Origin: Zygnema circumcarinatum SAG 698-1b
Taxonomy: Eukaryota; Plantae; Zygnematophyceae
Direction of reading: 5' to 3'
Length of the DNA: 64,000 nucleotides
Assembly (NCBI GenBank): GCA_037447605.1
Contig: CM074813.1
Coordinates: forward strand, 2,728,001 to 2,792,000
Under the pieces are notes generated by a model that saw nothing but the letters and a program-made list of their open reading frames with translations, was not told the origin of the DNA and searched no databases. Positions 1-11,889 of the stretch are shown piece by piece (position 1 is the stretch's first letter; every line of letters begins with the position of its first letter). Position numbers and translations under genes: made by a program.

Positions 1-1
1 G

Positions 2-373
2 AAGGCGTGGCCGTATGTCCAGAACGACCTGAGGAGCAAGGCCGGCTACTTGCGGTATGACCTTACCACAGTCATCAACGCGAAGCCAAAGGACGAGAAG
101 AAGGAGCTCACCGCCCTTGCTAACAAGTTGTACGACAGCATTGCCGATGTAAGTGTTCTTTGTAAACTGTCTTTCTTTCTGTTTTTTCGGGCAGTGGTGA
201 TTCAAGAAATGGGGGTGAGTCGGCTCTTTTTAATGTGAATGCTATGGTGTGGGCTGGTCTATTGGACTGTGCAGTTGGATTATGCTGCCCGAGTGAAGAG
301 TCTCGAGAAGGCCACCAAGTCGTACGATGAGACCGTGAAGCTCCTCAACGACGTGCTCAGCAAGGCCGCTTAA
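2..373 (+). CDS. psbQ: Photosystem II oxygen-evolving enhancer protein 3 (PsbQ), 3' part; exons 2-148 and 275-373
   Basis: The spliced translation [49 protein letters not shown]|[32 protein letters not shown] matches the plant PsbQ C-terminus. GT-AG intron 149-274, phase 0. Confidence 0.95.
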
Positions 374-2406
374 GTTGCCTGTTTTAGATTGTTCACTTTT
401 ATTGAATGAATGCCGCAGTGAAGGTAGATATGTACCCCAGTTTTCCCGCCGCCTTGCGGAAGGTTGTAGGTGAAGTCTGATATTAGGTCTCGGGTCTTGC
501 ACCGGCAGCAGCCGCCTGCATGCTCTGTTTATAGGATGTTAAGGGCGGGAGGTCCTCAGCGCCGGACTGGTCGCTGGCGCTTGTTGGAATGAAGCATCCC
601 TGCAATGGATACTTCGGAGTTTGTCGACCACTCGGGAGAAGGCTCGCATCGCTTTTGTGTGTTGTTGCCTGTATTTGCTTTCTTTGGTGCGTGGTTCTTT
701 AATTTTTTAAGGGATTCCGCATATCCGCATGCAACATATGAGCCCATTGAAGCCCATGATTTGAGTTCTTGAAGACTGCAGCAGTCCTGTAGGAGCTACC
801 ACCTTCAGATAACAGCTATATGATTTTAACATTGGCAATACTTTGGAAAGTATATAACCACTCCCCTTTTTTCTACTCAAAGAAGTAGATTATGGTCCTA
901 TTTAAGTCCCTCATGAATATGGTCTGTCGCCCAACTTTCGAGTTCATAACGTCTGTTCTCCGAGCAGTGCAATGTGCGCGTCACATGCGGCGAGATGGTC
1001 GTCAAACTCAACTCCGCCGCCGAACCTCTCACAAGATTTCACGAGCTTGCAAACGAGCTCCTCCTTTCAGGCTTCCACCTTCCCCTCTGGCTGCTCCATG
1101 TAGATTTCCTCTGCAAGGTCTCCATACAAGAACGCCGTTTTGATGTCCAGTTGATGGACCATCATCTCCGCTGAAGCAGCAATTGATATTAGTGCTCTCA
1201 AAGAATTAAATTTCACAACAGGGGTGAAAGTTTCAGAGTAGTCAATGCCCTCCTTTTGACTGTAGCCCTTTGCTACCAGCCGTGCTTTGTAACGGTCCAC
1301 GCTCCCATCGGACTTCCTCTTGATCTTGAAGATCCACTTACATCCTATCGCCTTCCTCCCCTTGGGCAGCTCTTCCAACTCTAAGTGCGGTTCTCAAGAA
1401 GACTATTCCACTCACTATCTATGGCCGCCTTCCAAAGGTCTGAATCCGCCCCTTCCAGCGCTTCTGGATAGGATTGAGGTTCAGACACACGTGCCATGTA
1501 GCAGTAGGCAATGCCGGCAAGGTCCGCAGAGTCCGAGGGTACACGATCCTGGGCATGCTTCCGCTGCGCCAAGCTGCGCGCAGGTCTACCAAANNNNNNN
1601 NNNCCACATCTTCCTTGAGCAATCATCAAGGAAGGTAATGAAGTATTGTCCCCCACCTATGCTGGTCGGAGTCACAGGGCCACACAAATCGGTGTGCACC
1701 AAGGCCAGCAGCTCCTTGGCGTGCTCCACGACAGCTCCACTCCTCACGAATGGCTGCCTATGAATCTTCCATGCCATGCACGCATCACACACATGTTGTG
1801 CATCCACCTTCTCTGAATCAAGGGTAAGTCCTCTAACCATCCCCTTAGCAAGGTCCTTCAGGCTGCGAAAGCCCAAGTGTCCAAGTCTTTTGTGCCACCG
1901 GTCCAACTCCAAGGGGGACAGTTTGCACACCCTCTCTTCAGGCGTCCACTTCAGAAAATAAAGACCATCTCTTTCGTACCCCTCGAAGAGAGTCTTTCCT
2001 GTCTGAATGTGCGTAGCTGCACACGCCCTTTCAAGGAAAACGACTTTATAGCCCTTCTTGCACACTTGACTCACAGACACGAAGTTTGTCTGGAGCCTAG
2101 GGGTGTGATGTAGCGAAACGCTACAGCTACCTACGAGAGATGTACTTAGGGCGCTTTCCGTCCTTGTACTCTCGCCCGGGCGCCGGCCGAGTGGTTAAGG
2201 CGCCGGGCACCATCTGGGACCCAGAAGGTCCTGGGATCGAACCTTGCAAATATTGCAAGGGTTCGATATGGCGCGATATACATAGATATATCGTGCCGCC
2301 GATGTGGTCGAGGGATCACGGAATCCTGACCACATCTTCCTTACGTTTTGGAACGTAACCGTCGTCCGTACAGTTACGGGTTACCGTTGGTATGGANNNN
2401 NNNNNN

Positions 2407-3031
2407 CGCATTATATAATATGGCGTCCATGACGTGACACACATGTCACGTCGCGTCCGCCATTGCAAACCCATGCACTGAGTCTGAGTGGGCGCACTCA
2501 GAAATAGCGACTAGCTAGCTGCCTCGTAAACCTACGGCGGCGCCGACCTAGTTCTTGTCGGATCGTACATCCGTCCGTACTGTTTCGCCATTTCGCCAGC
2601 GCTCTTTTGCAGTCTTCGCCCGCCGACATCTCGGCCGTACCCTCGAACTCGCGGACCCACATCGCGAGTGGTCCACGTGGCGCATTTCGGTTCGCCGCCA
2701 AATATCTTCCATGCGTTTCGTAGCAACTGCGCTCAGCGTTTAACGCCCAGCGTCGCGACGATCAAATTAAGCCAGCGTCCCGTGCTTCAGCGAATCAGCG
2801 GCGCCTCTTGATCAAAGTTAGCGCGTGCATTACTCCACTTACTTGTGTCACCGCCCGGGTAAAGAGCGCGGGTTTGCTCCAGCGCGCACCAGCTGCCTCC
2901 TGCGGGAGTCGAGGACACCGACATTACTAAATCTAAGAGCCTTACGCTACTTGAGATCTCATGTTCTACCGGTACCACAACAAGTTAGTGTGACATGTCT
3001 GATGTCTAACTATCATACACTAACACTAACG
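2407..3031 (-). repeat. LTR remnant of the copia LTR type ending ...CACTAACA on the + strand
   Basis: 2930-3031 (gagatctcatgtt...accacaaca..gttagtgtg...tgtctaactat..cacactaacactaac) closely resembles the LTR end at 11520-11605. The left boundary is lost in the N gap. Confidence 0.65.
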
Positions 3032-4074
3032 GAGGCACCATTTGGCCTTGAGGTCTCGCGGCTGCCCGACCTTTGCCCGGTTTTGGATATGTTAGAAATG
3101 TATCCGGGGCCTCCAAAGCCCGGGATCCAAGACCCAAAGTGTTTGATAGTTCGTAAGACTTGGCGTCCCCAATCTCTCACCGAGAGGGCCTTCGCGCCAC
3201 ACGGTATCGGCTCCTGCGAGTCTTTACGGGTAAAAGCACCTGCCCCGGAGGGGCGGTTAGTGCAAGAAAGGTAACCGCCGTTGACCCAACATTGCTCCGT
3301 AGGCGATCCGTGGTAGATATTGCGTAGCCCCAAAGAGGAAAGCGGGGCCACCTTGGCCGACCGTCGGGCATCCTCGATGGGATTCGCCGGAGGGCGGTCA
3401 GGGGGCTGCGCGATCTCCTCCGCCCAGCGGCTGCCCCGGGCCGAGTCCCCCCTTCTTTGGGTGGTTGCTTCCGTGGTGACTCCCCGTGGAAAAACCGGGG
3501 GGTGCGGACTCACCCGGTTGCTTCGGCGGCCCGGTTCGAAGGCGTCGGGGACGGGCGGCCTTCTGCAGAGATGTTAAAGCCCTAACCCGTCTTTGGGACC
3601 TGCGCTTTGCATCTCGCCTCTACGGCTGAGGGGTTCGGGGCGCGCTACCTTCCTCGATCCTCCGGGAGCATCCGAAGGCGGGAGCTTTCCATTTACAGGC
3701 GTGTCCGCAAAGGTAGGACGTGAGCTCCATGTAGATCCCACCTCGAACAAGCCGGTGGCGGCTTGGCGTGCTGCGTCACATCGCTTCCGGATCCTCACGA
3801 TCCTCTTCTTCATCTTTAAGGACGCGCCCACAGTAATGTGGGCCCCGATCATAGGATCGGCGGATTCTGCCGGAGCAAGCGGCTCCGGTGGAACGGGAGG
3901 GAGGGCAGCAGTCACCGGATGACCTTGGTCATCCGTGGGCTCGGGACTGGGCCCCTCCATAGGGACGGCCGCAGTCCCCGAGTTCTCCTCCATCACCTCG
4001 TCCCGGGGGACAGGTGGTGGAGGTGGCGGCCCCGAGGGCCCCGGGTCCCCTCCGGCCCGGCGAGTGGTCACCAT
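3013..4074 (-). pseudogene. Putative gag-like reading frames of an LTR element, downstream of a 693-bp LTR-like unit (4112-4804)
   Basis: The ORF MVTTRRAGGDPGPSGPPPPPP... starts 38 bp inside a TGTAGC...GCTACA-bounded unit. This Pro/acidic start is typical of Ty3/gypsy gag, but no catalytic motif was seen. Confidence 0.35.
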
Positions 4075-5749
4075 GACCCACTAGGTTCTCCCAAACCCGG
4101 AGAGGCCGCCTTGTAGCGGCCTCGATACAAATAATCACTATTTGAGGTATCGCTGGAAGCTGGCGGAATTGCACTAAGTTACGCACTTTCGAGTCCGGCC
4201 GAGAAAAGGCAGGAGGGTTGGCGCAGCCACGAAGCGGGAATTGCAACGCGGTATGCTGTGAAATACGTTAGGTTGGGCAGCGGTCACCCACCACGCCCTA
4301 CGCTTCCCCGTCGAGGCCTCCTACGGCATGGAGGATTGGAGCGGTACGTCCAATGGCCGGCCGCCCACGTGTCCCTCTCGACCCGAATGGGTGAGAGGTG
4401 GCCCATGCGGCGGCTTACCGCATTCGCGGCCTTGTGCCGCGGCAGCGCGCGCACGCCCGTCGATTACGCGGTCAAATCCCTGCAGCAGCGGGATTCCGGC
4501 TTGTCGGCGGCTGCGTCCGTACCAGCGGTAACCCATAGCTATGCGGGCGGCCGGTTGCGTTCCAAAAGCGTAGTAAAGGAAGATGTGAGTAGGATTCCGT
4601 GATCCACCGACCCATCGGCTGACTATATCTATGTATGCGCCATATCGAACCACTGCAACTTATTTTGCAAGGTTGATCCCGAGGATTGCTCACGGGTCGG
4701 ATGGTGCGAGCGCCTTAACCACTCGGCGGCGGGCGGGGAGTACTGGGAGCGGAAAGCGCCCTAAGTACATCTCCGAGTAGGTAGGCTGTAGCGTTTAAGC
4801 TACATGTGAAGCTTATTACCGATGGTGGTAAGGTGTACCGCCATTTATCCTATCTTGGTCGACTTCTCCTCCTTGGGTCGCGACAATGCGGAGTCTGTCG
4901 GTGGCCCGAGATCGAGCGAAGGGAGTGGGCTGGAGGGTCGTCGACCACGAAGAGGCTGTCGACTCGATGCACATGTGTGTTGAAGCTCGGTCGATCGACC
5001 CGCGGCCTCCGCAGAGCTCTCACCTTTGCATCGGCCTAAACTACGCATGCTTATGGTCGGCAAACCTCCGGACTTGTTTTCAGCTTAGCCTCCTCCTTGT
5101 AGTCCACACTCTTGTGGCCCTTCTTTTTGCATTTGTAGCAGGTTCCAGAAAACTCCTTCTTCTCCTTCTTCGACTTGTCGAGCTTCTTGTTCTTCGAATC
5201 GCCTCCTCTTTCTTGAGGGGCCTTGCTCCGGCAATCGGGGGAGTAATGGCCGATCTTGCCATAGTTGTAACACGTTGGTGGAGGGCGATCTCCTCCACGG
5301 GGGTTCTTCTCCTTGCCTTTCAGTTTGGTCTAAGCTCGCATAGCCAAGACGCTCTCAAAGCCGCTCGACTCATCCTGCAAAGAGTCTTCTTCATGTTGGA
5401 AACTAAAGTCTGGTCTCCCTCTCTTGCTGCACTCTCAGACATGCTTATATCTCAGCGATCACACCCACCCCCAATGCACACACCGGAAGGAAGGACTGAA
5501 AACCGAAAAGAGAAGACACCGAGAAGTGAAGTAAGAGGAGAAAGCCCCACCGGCTCAAAACTCCTTAAAATAGATAAGAAAGGGTTACACACAGAAAGTC
5601 AGCCCTCAGGCGATTCCTACTGCTACTACACACCTATCTGCTTTGCCCATACGAAAGCGGGCCTCTACTTCGGCACCACAAGCGAGATGCAAAGTTCTAA
5701 GGGTTAACTAACACTATGCACTAAGCAATACTCAACACCGCCGCCGGGG

Positions 5750-8745
5750 CACCTCCATCGCCCACCACAGGCCACCGTGCTGCCTCCACCTCCATGTCAC
5801 AGGTCGCCCGCCTTCAAGATTCCGCCCAAGGCCAGCTGGAGCTCGTACCGGAGGCTGCTATGGGAGGGGAGCGTCCGCATCGAAAAACTCCTTCCTAAAG
5901 CTCCCTCCGTCGTCCGGAACCTTCCCGCCAGCCCTTCTTCTTCGCCTAATAATTCGTACTAAGCTAACCCATAGCCGCGCTTACCTATTGTCAGCCGCCA
6001 CCAATGGTCGTGGCCGTGGCCGACAGCTTTGGCTAGGGCTGTGGCCGAAAATGTAATTATCATACATGAGGCTTCCGACGCTGACCAGACGGGTCCCCAG
6101 CCATCTCTTTCGCCTTCATTCCGGGCGACATCAAGACGGGGAGGTGGGATGGAGGGGTCCATGGGACTGGTAATCGTGCCCTACCCGTATCCCAAACTTC
6201 GTGGCGATGTCCTCGCAGATACTTCCCGCGATGGAAATAGGCTCTCCCCTCGCCTCTTTTTAAGCCGGATCCCTAATGTGATACCGGCCTCCTAAGTCTG
6301 ACATCTGGAAGTAAGACTTGAGAAGGTCCTTGAGGTTCTGAATTCCGGTCATGGAGGGGCTGATGATGATGAGGTCGTCCACGTAGGTTCCCACGTACAT
6401 CACATTCGCCCCCTCTCCTTTCATATAAACTGAATGGTTAGTTTCAAACCTTGCAAATCCATTCTCTTGCAAAAGGTTATTTATCTTCACACACCAGATC
6501 CTTGGGGTCCTCTTGAGCTGGTGAACATTCATATTCTCAGTAGCAGCTATGCAAAGCAAAGATCGCAATGCATTGAGTTTCACTATGGTGGAAAGCCAAC
6601 TAGACGTTTCCGCCGCCCTCCATCTTACTCCTCTCAAGTCCCCCGATTTCGTGAGAACGGAGCAAATCCCCTGCCAGGCCATTGCCCACCAGACCTTCTC
6701 TCGTCTCAGCTCGCTTTGGCCATCCTCCTCAGACAAAAGAAGGCAGTGGTACGGACAAAGGTCCGCGGCCCTCACTTGCCGACATGTGGCTGGGCAGTGT
6801 TCCCGCTGGCTCAAGCACGCATCAATCTGCCGGATGGCAAGCCCGGGGCGCGACTGGCGACGCCTCTCCGAACAACTCCACCGCTAAGCATCCAACGGGC
6901 GCCACTCTGGCTTTTGCCTGGCTACCGCCACGTGGTGTAAGATCCGTGTGATCAACGGTCGCCCGCCGGCTCATCTCCACCGTGGGATTCGGAAGTGTGC
7001 TACAAGCACTCCTCCCCGATCGGGCACCTCCACCGCCCGCCATACCTTTTCGAAATTGGTCCTGGCCCACTCCTCCTCAAACTCTTGTCGCCATCCTCTC
7101 GCTGATACTCCGCATTTACAAGTTGCCCCGCCTTCCTCTCCTAACGCCTACCTCAAGTAAAGGAGGCTTCTTCCAAGAGCATACTGGAAACACGGTCGTG
7201 GGCCGAAGTCGCGGGGAGTAGCCAGCCTGGACTAATCCCGTAAATCCTCGCTGCTCGTAACCACCGCTAAGGCACCCAACCGCATCATGACTTTTGCTTG
7301 GGTAGTAGCCGCCTTTGGCAAGTACGGACTTGTGTCCCTTCTAAGCCGCTAGCTTGTAAAGAGACGCCCCTCTAAAGGTAGACCTCTTTTGCCGTCTCTT
7401 TCTTCGCTACTCAAGGCTCTTCTTCCCCGGCCGCCGTTTGTCCTCGCTCGTGAAGCAGTCCGCGAAAGATGGCCGGGCTTCCCGCGAGTGAAGCACGTGG
7501 GGCTCTTTCTGTCCCCCCGGTCGTTCTTCCCCTTCTGTAACAAACCCGCCTCTAGCAGGGTTTGAACTCTGGACCTCCCGGTATTCACCTAAGTGCTTTA
7601 CCATTAAAAGGCAACCGCGGATGTAAGTACTAGGTCATACACTCAATGTATACCGTTCGTTACATTCCTCCCCACCTAAACCGTGCTCGTCCTCGAGCAC
7701 CATGCTCAAGGGTTTTCACGAGCGCGTTCAAGCTCCTTCATCACATGGACCTACAGACTTGGCTGCTCCAGCTCAACCAATCTGTACCATGCTCAGAGAT
7801 CACGGTGTTTTTAGGGTGGATTGCAAATACCAGTCCTTAGGCTCTGATACGAATGTAACAAACCCGCCTCCAGCAGGGTTCGAACTCAGGACCTCCCGGT
7901 ATTCACCTAAGTGCTTTACCATTAAAAGGCAACCGCGGATGTAAGTACTAGGTCATACACTCAATGTATACCGTTCGTTACACCTTCTCCCTTCCAAAAT
8001 TCTTCGAACGAATTAGAAGGACATTATCAGTGCCTAACTTCTCCTTTTCTAACAGCAAGTCACACTCTCTGATCCTGCCCTTTACTTGCTCCAACGTCAT
8101 AGGAAGACAAGTTAGCTGGGTTCTCAAAGATTCTACTGCATGAGCATATTTGCTTGTTAGGCTTACCAAAAACTGATAGATCTGGCTAGGTAAGGGAATC
8201 GGCTGCTTAGCCACTACGCACTTCTGCATTAGGCTATCAAATTTGACCATGTAGTTAGTCAGGGTCTCACCCTTCTCCATTCTGAATGCACCTATTTCAA
8301 AGATACAGATAATCGGCAACCTCTTTCGCAATCCCCCATAGAAGATCGCTCGAGACTCTTCCACATTTCCTCAAAGAAGAAGATGTGTCTAGCAAAGATG
8401 TATTAAAGGGGCATTGCCTCATCGGCCATGGCAATATAACCTCGCTGCCTTGTGTAGCTTTCGCGTGCTATAGGTCGGTGTTTTTGCCGCCGCCTCGCAG
8501 TCGGCCGAAAAGGTGGTTCTGGTGCTGGAGCGTGGGATTGCCATCGCTTCCCGGCTATACACCTCGCTGTCGCCTCCATTGGAACCCGTTCCTACCCCGA
8601 TAACATTATCTTTCACTCTCTCTCACTCTATCTCTCACTTACCATAGCCTATAACTCATGTAATGAACGCGTAGACGAGCACGCTGGAAATCACACACGA
8701 GAGAGTGTAAGAGAAAGCTCACACCCCTAGGGAGTAGGGAGCAGA
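5750..8745 (-). mobile_element. Degenerate, internally deleted Ty1/copia element (gag, knuckle, RT with YVDD) with a truncated 5' LTR from 8659
   Basis: RT ...YVGTYVDDLIIISPS... at 6260-6600 and a decayed RT C-terminus at 5960-6260. Gag (MEKGETLTNYMVKFDSLMQKC...) at 7983-8364 continues across the TRIM. PBS-like gcctataactca at 8647-8658. Confidence 0.85.
7536..7982 (-). mobile_element. TRIM (447 bp): 129-bp LTRs, tRNA-iMet PBS, PPT and 5-bp TSD
   Basis: LTRs 7536-7664 and 7854-7982 (TGTAAC...GTTACA, 3 substitutions). TSD CCTTC at 7531-7535 and 7983-7987. On the minus strand, TCGTATCAGAGCC follows the 5' LTR (12/13 to TGGTATCAGAGCC) and the PPT AGGTGGGGAGGAA precedes the 3' LTR. The 189-bp interior is non-coding. 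Confidence 0.95.
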
Positions 8746-11605
8746 GAATTCATGCCTAATTCCACGAGTCTTGAGGTACTCGCCGAACTCCTTCGACTTG
8801 AACTCCCCTCCGTTATCTGAGCGCAGAGTCTTCACTTTCTGTCCGCTCTCTTGCTCCATCTGAGTCTGCCAATCTCAAAAGGCTACGAAAGCTTCAGACT
8901 TGTTCTTGAGAATTTTCACCCAAATTTTCCTCGAAAAATCGTCGAGAAAAGTGATGAAGTACCGAGCTCCTCCACTCGTTGCCGGTGTCACGGGGCCGCA
9001 AAGGTCGGTGTGAACCAACTCCAATTTCTCCTGCGCATGGTACGCCTCCTCTCCACTCCTCGCGAATGGTTTCCGATGCGCCTTCCCCTCTACACACTCC
9101 TTGCAAAAGCCGAGCTCCTTCTCCACGACATCTACGTCTAACCCACGGATTCAGTTCCCCTGCCAGCCGAAGCCGTCAGAACCCCCGATGGTTAAGATGA
9201 CCAAGACTACGATGCCAGAGATTAATGGCAGTTTCAGCCACAGCCATCACATCTTCATCCTCTGTCCTTCTATAATGAAGATAATACAGGCCTCCCTTCT
9301 CATACCCCTCAAACAGCCGCTTCCCCGTAACTACGTGAGTAGCTATACAAGACTTCTCCTCAATGTGATCTCGTACCCCTCTACACACCTGCCACTGCAT
9401 ATGAAGTTCTGCTTTCAGCTCAAAAGCAAGGACATCACCAATACATAAACGCTCCTCCCTCTCCTCTTCGTAGATAACGGAGCCGTCTTCGAGAATCATC
9501 TTGACTACTCCTCCCTTCGTGACTGTCACTCCCTCTCCAGTTGCCGAGTGAACAGATCGGGTCCTCTCCAGCGTGTCCAGCGTGGAGAACATCTACTTGT
9601 CGCCACACATGTGTGGAAGCGCCTCGAAGCCGACAACCACGGCCGCTTCTCGCATCCGTAACTCCGGATCTTCCCAACAAAGTCAGAACCTTCAAGCCTT
9701 TCAGCCATCATCAGATTGGTCTCATTCGACCTTCTGCATTCGGTGCTCTTGTGACCTCGCTTCTTGCACTTGAAGCAGATCCCCTTGAAGCCTTTCTTCT
9801 TTTTTCTTGCCAATGCCGGCGCCTCTCCTCCCCGGTCTTGGGGACTCTTGTTCTCAGAAGCAGTCACAGTAAAGGCCGGTCTTGCCACACGTGTAGCACG
9901 CCTTCCCGCATGCTCTCCTCGGGTCCGGCCTTTGGCGCACTCCCTTCGGGTCTTGTCGCGGAAGTGCAGCGCTAGCACCTTCTCCTCCTCGGTGTTCCCG
10001 GTAAGTCTTGACGGTGTCCTCCTCCTGATCCTCCGCTTACTCGCCTTTCGCGCGGGTCATTTTCGGTGCCCGTTAGACAAATTCCCAAGCAACTGCTAAG
10101 CATCAACCGGAGGTCAAACCCCCTAAGAACTGGCTGATCTTATGGTCACTCTCTAACGGTTTCTGTAGAGCTATGAACCTCTCCATCAAGGTATCAAACC
10201 TGACCATATATTAACTCAGTTTCTCATCCGAAGTCATCTTCATATTGCCAAGCTGCGTGTAAAGACTCACTATCGTGACGTTATCCTTTACATCATACAT
10301 CTCTTCTAAGCACCTCCACATAGCATGTGAGGTCTTGAGATCATATAAAGAGGACGCATGACTTCTCACAACCTGGCGACGCATCTGGTGAGCGCTGGTT
10401 GTCCTGGGCACTCCATGTATGCAGCGCACCTCGTGTTCACCGCCGCCCGCTGCGGCTCCTCCCGTAGCACCGTGCCTTGATGGTGCCGCTGACGGCTCCC
10501 CCAACAGCCCCCTGCCCACGAGCAAGGGACCAGCCGCCATCTCCACCCCTTGTAGTCTTGACCGTCAATGCGGGAATGCTGAACTTCACTGCACGCCGCC
10601 GCCACCATTGGCTCTCGGAGTACCACTGCTGGAGCGCGGATCTCTGCCACTCTCCTCAGCGCTACCTCGCCCATTGGAACCCGTTCCCACCGATGAAGAC
10701 ATCTTCACTCTCTCTCACTCTATCTCACTTCACTCATAGCCCATAACTCACGTAATGAACGCTAGAGACGCAGCACGGGAAATCACACACTAGAGTGTAG
10801 AGAAAGCTCACTACTCTAAAACTCCTTTATAATAAGAATGTCACCCACATGAAGTTCTCCCCTCTCACTAGCTACTTCTCCCTACTACTACCTTAAGTGA
10901 CACACGCGCAAGCAAAACAAAGAACACGAAAGGTGCAATGTAATAAGTCAATTTTAGAATACAGAAGTCTAATGTGGTTATCCTACATAATCAAGCTAAA
11001 CCCGATATACCGCCATGGCCGTGTTACGTGACATCTTCCTTGTTGACCGATGTCACGTCACGGCCGCCCCTGGCGCGCTCAGCACCGGGTACGCTGCTCA
11101 ACATCCAAATGGCGTGTCCTTCAAACTCCCACGCCACCTGGGCGTGCCGCTCAGACAGCTTCCGGGCCATTTGAACTTGCCGCCCTCGCTTCGAAGCAAT
11201 CTCCGGGCCGCCTGCTCAGACAGCCAGTTCGCCGCTTCGCTGCTGCATAGCCATTTCTCCGCTATGCTGGGGCGTTGCATAATATCACTAAGGCCCATAA
11301 TTTAAATTTCCGCTGCCGTGATTACAAGCATATTCACAATTCGCCCGCGCATGGCCGCCGCACTCGCCCCTCCGTGAAGCTGGGATCTTGCCGCAGTCCG
11401 CGGATCGCACTAAGGGGTTCACCGACGCGTTCCGCCGCATATCACCGACATTCTCCGCGCCCGAAAAGCGTACGGGCCACCGACATTTGACCCGACCGTA
11501 TTTCCTAGGACTACTACTAGCAGATCTCATGTTTCCCAACTGAGGACCACAACAATGTTAGTGTGAACCCGTACAATGTCTAACTATAGCACACTAACAC
11601 TAACA
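8745..11605 (-). mobile_element. Truncated degenerate Ty1/copia element: 5' LTR 10751-11605, PBS, gag, protease, part of integrase
   Basis: Integrase HTDLCGP...FLDD...LRSDNGGEF at 8745-9126, knuckle CFKCKKRGHKSTEC near 9750 and gag helices at 10211-10546. PBS-like gcccataactca at 10739-10750. The LTR ends in cactaaca at 11605. Confidence 0.85.
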
Positions 11606-11889
11606 GCCACGGTTCTCACCCAAGGTGATTTGAATGAAGTCGGGTCTCTTGTGAAGGAAGTGATGGCTGTGTGGGAGAATGTGAAGTCGCATCAAAAGAA
11701 AGGCAAGGTGCTGAGCGAGACCGTGAATATCGTGTACGAAGCGATGAAGAGTAGAAGTTACCAAGGGAGTGACTTGGTAACTGAAAAACCAAATTCTGGC
11801 GGAATCTTTCCATTCCGCCGGCGATGGTCAAGGTCTAACTCCCCCTAAGGCTAGTACGGATAGTACGAATAATACAAATACTGGGGGTC

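Larger units (their letters stand above)
2109..4804. mobile_element. Nested insertion with TGTAGC...GCTACA ends, a 5-bp TSD (TGTGA) and about 290-bp diverged inverted arms
   Basis: TGTGA at 2104-2108 and 4805-4809, and the host copia reading frame (IGNKLHT|PRLQTNFVSVSQ) is continuous across the site. 2109-2396 aligns with the reverse complement of 4516-4804 at roughly 75-80% (by eye). An N gap lies at 2397-2406. Confidence 0.75.
880..5740 (-). mobile_element. Degenerate Ty1/copia retrotransposon (gag knuckle, protease, integrase, RT), interrupted by the 2109-4804 insertion
   Basis: RT motifs [32 protein letters not shown] and HQLDIKTAFLYG at 1067-1378. WHKRLGH...CDAC...HTDLCGP...FLDD at 1586-2080. 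A decayed protease and CX2CX4HX4C-like knuckles at 4850-5300, and LTR-like sequence at about 5470-5740. Outer ends are approximate. Confidence 0.9.

Noticed and set aside
2185-2245. Functional tRNA genes at 2185-2245, 4670-4730 and in the TRIM LTRs
   Set aside because: A/B boxes are present but acceptor, anticodon and T stems do not pair properly and the sequences lie inside repeats. They are reported as tRNA-derived promoter-like sequence only.
4112-4804. Solo LTR with its own TSD
   Set aside because: The flanks CGCCT and TGTGA do not match; the TGTGA pairs with 2104-2108 instead.
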